A stretch of DNA of 60,854 bases, from contig JAJZPB010000003.1 of the NCBI GenBank assembly GCA_021811365.1, positions 1 through 60,854 of the forward strand, read 5' to 3'. The translations under genes and the position numbers were made by a program. This document shows positions 55,391 to 60,854 of this stretch, one piece after another. The stretch's first letter is position 1, and every line of letters begins with the position of its first letter. The notes below the pieces were generated by a model. That model was not told the origin of the DNA. It searched no databases and was given only the letters and a program-made list of their open reading frames with translations. The DNA is from a bacterium. GTDB taxonomy: Bacteria; Patescibacteriota; Minisyncoccia; Phycocordibacterales; Phycocordibacteraceae.

Positions 55391-55464
55391 GCTCGTATTG
55401 TACGACATACCTGAGGCGCGTTTGTGCGGCGTGGTAGTATCCGGGCAACCACCGGCTGAGGCAC

Positions 55465-56109
55465 ATGACAGCTGCAAACGAAATCTTGGGGCTTGACCGC
55501 GCGGCGATTTTACAGATTGCGCGGCAGCTTCGCGCAGGCTATCGCATGAAGCAAACGCTGCGCTACGCAAGCGTTCGGCCGCCGGAGCATTCGGAGTCGA
55601 ACGCCGAGCACGTGTACGGCCTCATGCTGCTCATGCAGTACTTTCTTCCGCACGAAGATCCCGAAGGGCAGTGGGACAGGAACCGAATTGCTGGCATGCT
55701 CCTGTATCATGACATTCCCGAGATCATACACGGGGACATCGCCTATCATCTCAAGACGCGGGAACAAGTTGAACGCGAGCACGCCGCTGCGCCCGTTGCA
55801 TTTGGACAGCTCCCCGCGCCGCTGGCCGAGGAGGGTTTTGCGCTATGGAGGGAATACGAACGTCAGGATACGCCCGAGGCGCGGTTTGCGTACGCACTCG
55901 ACAAGCTAGAGCCGATGTTCGAGCTGTTCGAAAATCCGTACGGAGCCGCGACTATGCATCGGCTCAAGTTTACGTTCGAAATGCATCTTGCAAAGAAACT
56001 GCGCGCGACCGAAGGGTTTCCCGTGATGCGCCGTTTCGTTGAGGTTATGAGTGATGAAATGCGCCGCGCGGGCGTCTTTTACGAAGACGAAGCAGAAGAA
56101 AAAGAATGA
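55465..56109 (+). CDS. HD-domain phosphohydrolase (YfbR/HD_3-like 5'-deoxynucleotidase family)
   Basis: LRY...ES.AEH, L.HDIPE...GD, W.EYE...TPEA.F..ALDKLE. Confidence 0.85.
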   Translation: MTAANEILGLDRAAILQIARQLRAGYRMKQTLRYASVRPPEHSESNAEHVYGLMLLMQYFLPHEDPEGQWDRNRIAGMLLYHDIPEIIHGDIAYHLKTREQVEREHAAAPVAFGQLPAPLAEEGFALWREYERQDTPEARFAYALDKLEPMFELFENPYGAATMHRLKFTFEMHLAKKLRATEGFPVMRRFVEVMSDEMRRAGVFYEDEAEEKE

Positions 56110-56148
56110 AGCTTGTCCGCTCGGCCCGTGCGGGTCGGTGACGGGAGG

Positions 56149-58116
56149 CTACGGCGCAGTATTGCTCTTCGCACAGATGCCGAGCGCGTCAAGTTTGTCG
56201 AGGTAGTCAAGTACCGCATTTACATACGCGGCATGGCTCCAAGTGAGCGGGGCGACCGAACATTGTTCAAGACCCTCTGCATAGAGTTGTTCAGAGAGCG
56301 TTCCTGAAGGCTGCGCGTGGCGAGGGACCCAGTCGAAAACGTCGCGCACCGGATCGAGGTCCGCATCGTTTTTTGCGCGTGCAATGAGGTACTGTGCGCG
56401 CCAGAGCGTGGTCACGAACCAGGGGTTGCTCGCACGGCCGCGACGGAAGTAGGGGTCGCCGTCATAGCGGGCGATTCCGCCATCGCGGGAAAGCCGGTTT
56501 GAGATTTCGTCGAACGCTTTTACTAGGCGCGGATCATCCGGCTCGAGTACGCCGAAGATAAACAGGCCGTATACGCTTGAGATATCGATGGTGCGGTCAT
56601 AGGTCGTCTTGTTTTCGAAAGTCTCTATGAGCTTTACCCAGCCGCCTGGCTCATCGGTCGCGAGGTGCGCGATGATTGCATCCTTGATTTCTTTGGCAGC
56701 GGCACTGTATCGGCCTGCTTGGTCCTCTTTGCCGAGAACGCTGGCAAGCTCGGAAGCGGCGCAGAGTCCGCCGTAGACCGCGGCAGAGCTGAAGGTCGTT
56801 ATGCCGTGTTTTTCCTCCCACAGGTCGTAGGACGCGTGCGGAAGACCCGTACCCGAGTCGCGGTACTGCATAAGGAAGTCAGCTGCGGCACCGATGAGCG
56901 GGTTGAAGAGCTTCTCAATAAACTCAAGGTCTCGGTTGTGGCGGTAGTGTTCGGCGATGCTCCATATGACGAGCGCGGTCTCATCTTCCTGGATGGGGAG
57001 CTGCATTTCACCGTCTCGTATCCACGGATGCCACGATGAACCGAGCGAGCGGTCCGGCAAATATTTGTGCATGAGGTAGCCACCTTTTGAAAGCACCTGG
57101 CTGCAAAACTCAAAATAGCGTTCGGCAACATTAGCATCGCCGACTCGTTCGAGCGCCAGCACGCTGAAGCTCGCGTCGCGCGGCCACACATAGGCGTACG
57201 TATCTTTGCCGTACTCAAGCGCTTCGCCGTCGGCCGACGCAATAATGCCGCCGCGTTCGTCGGCATGCGCACGGACGAACATGAGCGATTTCTTAAATAG
57301 CGCGACCGCGTCTTCAGAGAGCTTGTAGAACGACCAGGGGTATCGTGAGAGCCACGCGCGCCAGTAATCCGCCGTGGTGCGTAAAAGGTGCGCCGGTGTT
57401 TTCTGGGCGGCATACGCGTTAAGAGCAAGAGCATCGTCAATTGAAGTTGCGGCTGCGAGCCAGTAGTGCAGTTCGCGTGACTCTTCCGCGGCTACGTCAA
57501 GGGTGAAGCCGATACTAGAATCGACGGAGCCGTGTTCAATAGGGTTTTTCGAAAGTACGCCGTCCTCGGCGTCGCGGAAGGTGCCGTCCTTTCCCTCCAT
57601 GCCGAACAAGCCGACCGCATAGTCTGAAAAAGAACCACCGTCTAAGGCGCCGTTTATAAGGAAAACGCGCTGGTCCTTGTAGTGAATGATGCTGTGCGTT
57701 TGCGGTTCGAAGTACGCGGTGTCGCCGCCACCGGCGTGGCCGATTTGAAATTCTTGCCCGAAAAAGAGTTTTACCGTGCGTGCGTGGTCGCGATGGTTGG
57801 TGACCTGTACGGCGCGGACGAAAATGTCGCGTTCGTTGTAAACAGCATCGGTGAATGTGAGCGAAAGGCCGAGCGCGTCATTGCGCGCTTCGATACGGCT
57901 CTCGAGCGAATCGCTTGAACTGCCCACGCGAATCTGCCAGCGTGCATCTTCGGAAAGCCAGGAAAACGAGCCATCCACGAAAACACCGATGCGGTGGCGC
58001 AGGGCTCCGCCAGCGTGATTTTCAAGCCCGACGTACGGGAAATACACGTCGCGCACCTCACCGCGGTTGTCGAGCGTAATAAGGAGTGACCCGTTACTTA
58101 GCACGAGCGACCTCAT
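56149..58116 (-). CDS. GH15 glucoamylase-like glycoside hydrolase
   Basis: Y.Y.WPRD, Q.DET, DLWEE, PLTWSHA; start MRSLVLSNG overlaps the GH57 stop (ATGA). Confidence 0.92.
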   Translation of the reverse strand: MRSLVLSNGSLLITLDNRGEVRDVYFPYVGLENHAGGALRHRIGVFVDGSFSWLSEDARWQIRVGSSSDSLESRIEARNDALGLSLTFTDAVYNERDIFVRAVQVTNHRDHARTVKLFFGQEFQIGHAGGGDTAYFEPQTHSIIHYKDQRVFLINGALDGGSFSDYAVGLFGMEGKDGTFRDAEDGVLSKNPIEHGSVDSSIGFTLDVAAEESRELHYWLAAATSIDDALALNAYAAQKTPAHLLRTTADYWRAWLSRYPWSFYKLSEDAVALFKKSLMFVRAHADERGGIIASADGEALEYGKDTYAYVWPRDASFSVLALERVGDANVAERYFEFCSQVLSKGGYLMHKYLPDRSLGSSWHPWIRDGEMQLPIQEDETALVIWSIAEHYRHNRDLEFIEKLFNPLIGAAADFLMQYRDSGTGLPHASYDLWEEKHGITTFSSAAVYGGLCAASELASVLGKEDQAGRYSAAAKEIKDAIIAHLATDEPGGWVKLIETFENKTTYDRTIDISSVYGLFIFGVLEPDDPRLVKAFDEISNRLSRDGGIARYDGDPYFRRGRASNPWFVTTLWRAQYLIARAKNDADLDPVRDVFDWVPRHAQPSGTLSEQLYAEGLEQCSVAPLTWSHAAYVNAVLDYLDKLDALGICAKSNTAP

Positions 58117-59345
58117 ACGAGGACCGGTTCGACCAGTGGGTTCGTCAGCGCGCGCTCGTGCTGGCGCACGCGCCACTCGAGGTCCTTGAGCGCGTGCATA
58201 AACGTGGTGTGCGCCTCATACGGCGTTCCGTAGGGAGAAAAATAGGCGTGTACATCGCCGTCGGCGGCCCACTTAGTGCACATATAGTAGAAGTGGTCGG
58301 AGGTTTGGAGACGTCTCCAGTCTTCGAGCAGTTCGCTGTCTCCCGTCGCATGCACGCGATCTTCGAGTCCGTACAGCGTGCCGATAGCGGCGTGCTGGAG
58401 TTCGTTGCCGAGCCATGCAGTAAGGTCGCGGTCAGTGTCCGCCCAGGTCGTCACGCCTGGTACATCGACTACGTCGCGATCCTGGTGCGCGGCGATTACA
58501 AGCGATGGCGTCATAAACGCAAGACCCGGGTTTTGGAGCAGTTCAGCGGGAAGTGCTTCGAGAAAGTGGAAGATGCCGGTATCCTCCCATTGGTGTTCAC
58601 CGAACGTCTCATAGTCCATGAAAAGGTTTACCGTGTCTCCGCCTTCGGCGCCCATCCACTGGCCATACTTACCGGAAGTCAAAGGCCACCCTTCCCAGTC
58701 GCGCGAAGAAAACCGGAAGGCAATGTCGTCGGAAAGGCGGTAGTTCTTGAGGAGCAGTTTCGTGCGGCGCGCGCCCGGTGGGCGATAGACGTAATTGGGG
58801 CTTCGACCGCGCAGAATGGGGTCCCAGCCTTCTGCGAGGATGCCGAGGTACCCTTGCTCGTCTGCCCAGGTGCCAAGCGCGTTGGTGTAGGAAAGTTCGG
58901 TGTTTCGGAAGACGCGCGGAGATACGCCGAAAAGCCGTTCTATGAGCTCAGCGTGCTTGCGCACTTGGAGTTCAAACTCAGTGCGCGAGAAGAAGAAAGC
59001 GAGCGAGTGGTAGTATGTTTCGCCCAGCAGTTCAAGGCGACCGGTTTGAACCATATCTTGAAAAAGCGCGATTACTTCGGGCGCATCGCGCTCAAGCTGC
59101 TCAAGAGCGATGCCCGAAAAGGATACTGCGAAGCGGAAGGCTTGGTGGCGCTCAAGAAGTCGTGCAAGCACGCGGGCCGCGGGAAGGTACGACTTTTCAG
59201 CCACCTTGCGCAAGACGCGCCGATTGTTAAGGTCGTTTTCCTCATCGCCGTTGAAATAGCTGTGATCGCTGCCGATGTCAAAAAGACCATAACGCTTTAC
59301 GCGATGCGGCTGGTGAATCTGCAGGTAGATGCAGATGCTTTTCAT
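58113..59345 (-). CDS. GH57 alpha-amylase-like glycoside hydrolase
   Basis: HQP, ETYYHSL, FRNTEL, MDYETFGEH, TSDHFYYM motifs. Confidence 0.94.
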   Translation of the reverse strand: MKSICIYLQIHQPHRVKRYGLFDIGSDHSYFNGDEENDLNNRRVLRKVAEKSYLPAARVLARLLERHQAFRFAVSFSGIALEQLERDAPEVIALFQDMVQTGRLELLGETYYHSLAFFFSRTEFELQVRKHAELIERLFGVSPRVFRNTELSYTNALGTWADEQGYLGILAEGWDPILRGRSPNYVYRPPGARRTKLLLKNYRLSDDIAFRFSSRDWEGWPLTSGKYGQWMGAEGGDTVNLFMDYETFGEHQWEDTGIFHFLEALPAELLQNPGLAFMTPSLVIAAHQDRDVVDVPGVTTWADTDRDLTAWLGNELQHAAIGTLYGLEDRVHATGDSELLEDWRRLQTSDHFYYMCTKWAADGDVHAYFSPYGTPYEAHTTFMHALKDLEWRVRQHERALTNPLVEPVLV

Positions 59346-60700
59346 GCAGAGAGAGCGGGAACGAGCTCGTCCATAACCGAGCGCACCTTTTCTCCTGCGT
59401 GGTCCCAGGTCAGCTGCTCGAGTACTGCGGCGTGCTGGGCAACCTGCGCGGCGCGCCGTTGCGGCGAGGCGAGCAGCTCGTTAATGCGCGCCGCCATTGC
59501 GTGGTCGTCCCAGAAGTCCACCGTAATCGCATGGGGAACGGCTTCCGCGGCGCCAGATTGTTTGGAAATAACGATAGGCGTTCCCGCGCGCATCGCTTCA
59601 AGCGGCGCGATGCCGAAGGGTTCCGAGATGCTCGGCATGACGAACACATCTGCGGTCGCGTACGCTTCGTAGAGGTCGTGGCCGCGCAGGAAGCCCGCAA
59701 AGAGTACGCGGTCGCCGATGCCGAGGCCCGCGGCCATGCGCATGAGCTGGTTCGTCATGTCGCCCGAGCCCACAATGACGAAAAGTGCGTCCGGTTCTTG
59801 CTTCGCAACGCGTGCTGCGGCACGCAAAAAGTGGTCAGGACCCTTTTGAATCGTAAGCCGCCCTGCAAAAAGCACGATTTTATAGCCAGCCTCTTTAAGC
59901 GCGGAAAGACGCGCAGGCACTTCCGGATTTGCCCGCGGCGCGGTGTCATCGTCGATACCGTTCCAGACCACGCGCATTTTGTCGGGACTGACACCGTAGC
60001 GGGCTACAACCATGTCCTTGGTTCGATGCGAAACGGCAATCACGCGATCGGCGGTATGCATACCGGCGCGCTCGATGTCGTATACTACTTGGTTTACGCC
60101 GCCGTCACCTGTGCGATCGAATTCGGTAGCGTGAACATGCGCCATAAGCGGCCGGTGCGACGTGCTTTTAGCGGCGCTTCCGGCGCCGAAGGAGAGCCAG
60201 TCGTGCGCATAAATAATGTCATGCGGTTCGCGCTCAGCAATCCTTGCTCCTGCTGCGGCGTAGCGACGCACCTCGCTTACGAGGTCGCTGCCGTAGATAG
60301 GTCTGCCGTCCGGTCCAAGCATATAACTGCCCTCAACGGCGTACGGAACGATGGGCGAGTCGATGTAGTGTACCTGGGCGCCTGCGTCCTCGTATTCGGC
60401 AGTAATCATCTTCGCGTAGGGAACAGAAAGCGGAAACCGTTTCGGTAAGACGAACGTAACGTCCACATCGTGCTTGGCAAGAGCTCGGGTAAGGCCGAGG
60501 GAAGCGACTCCGAGACCGCCGCTATTGAAAGGCGGGAATTCCCATCCAAAAACAAGCGCGCGGATCGTGCGGCGCGCGCGCGCGAGCGGCCGTTGATCGA
60601 GCGATTGCGGCGCTTTGGCGAAAACTGCGCCCAGAATGGCGCCGATGACGAAAAAGGAGAAGAGCAGCGCGACTAGATATATAAAAAAAGCGAAGCTCAT
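59342..60700 (-). CDS. GT4 glycosyltransferase (glycogen-synthase-like) with N-terminal TM extension
   Basis: GWEFPP..SGGLG, HDWL, HATEFDR, GR.T.QKGP, EPFGIAPLE. Confidence 0.92.
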   Translation of the reverse strand: MSFAFFIYLVALLFSFFVIGAILGAVFAKAPQSLDQRPLARARRTIRALVFGWEFPPFNSGGLGVASLGLTRALAKHDVDVTFVLPKRFPLSVPYAKMITAEYEDAGAQVHYIDSPIVPYAVEGSYMLGPDGRPIYGSDLVSEVRRYAAAGARIAEREPHDIIYAHDWLSFGAGSAAKSTSHRPLMAHVHATEFDRTGDGGVNQVVYDIERAGMHTADRVIAVSHRTKDMVVARYGVSPDKMRVVWNGIDDDTAPRANPEVPARLSALKEAGYKIVLFAGRLTIQKGPDHFLRAAARVAKQEPDALFVIVGSGDMTNQLMRMAAGLGIGDRVLFAGFLRGHDLYEAYATADVFVMPSISEPFGIAPLEAMRAGTPIVISKQSGAAEAVPHAITVDFWDDHAMAARINELLASPQRRAAQVAQHAAVLEQLTWDHAGEKVRSVMDELVPALSA

Positions 60701-60854
60701 AGAAGTACCTAAAAATATAAAAACTACGTACGTACCATAGCATCAAACGCCGCGCAATAGTCTCTGTTGTGCACAGTTTTTGTCTCGTTTTTGCGCACTG
60801 GCGTGCGCGCCGGCGAATGGGTATACTGGCGGTATATGTTGGTAAATGTATGCA

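Noticed and set aside
58086-60448. Long plus-strand ORFs (528 aa and 349 aa)
   Set aside because: Antisense shadows of the GH57 and GT4 genes in GC-rich DNA; no motifs. The same applies to 32236-33141, 35005-35766 and 2546-3271.
1-60854. CRISPR array, rRNA/tRNA genes, integrase/transposase, reverse transcriptase (retron/DGR)
   Set aside because: No regularly spaced repeats, cloverleaf signatures, tyrosine/serine recombinase, DDE or YADD motifs recognised by eye; a dedicated scan was not possible.

Overview
A ~61 kb GC-rich bacterial chromosomal segment whose gene content suggests a Candidate Phyla Radiation (Patescibacteria, probably Parcubacteria) genome. This is an inference from YprB-like RNase H, bPH, DUF5666, cohesin/dockerin surface proteins, PIF1, a GT4-GH57-GH15 trio and many leaderless-type starts. 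Left arm: the 3' part of an Ehr-type (hydrogenase-related, NiFe-motif-less) membrane complex, a UvrD-nuclease fusion, DsbA, hisS, prmC, an RRM protein, a 1667-aa dockerin-bearing surface protein next to a membrane-anchored cohesin protein, a MacAB-type ABC cassette, folB plus a 2OG-Fe(II) oxygenase, and an FAD oxidase. Centre (~29-44 kb): a defence island built on a type I restriction-modification operon. AT-richer cargo sits in every junction (NYN RNase, CapRel-like toxSAS, KTSC plus a frameshifted NYN). Two displaced copies of the hsdS 3' end follow, delimiting cargo blocks (very acidic mini-protein, ubiquitin-like protein, RhuM-Fic, EVE). A promoter- and terminator-bounded ~106-nt structured non-coding RNA candidate lies just upstream of hsdR. 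Right arm: SurA-like, M48 peptidase, secreted lipase, GST, PIF1, P3A H+-ATPase, HAD, HD and glycogen-type genes. No rRNA, tRNA, CRISPR array, integrase or transposase was recognised. All family calls come from motif recognition by eye; no database search was run.
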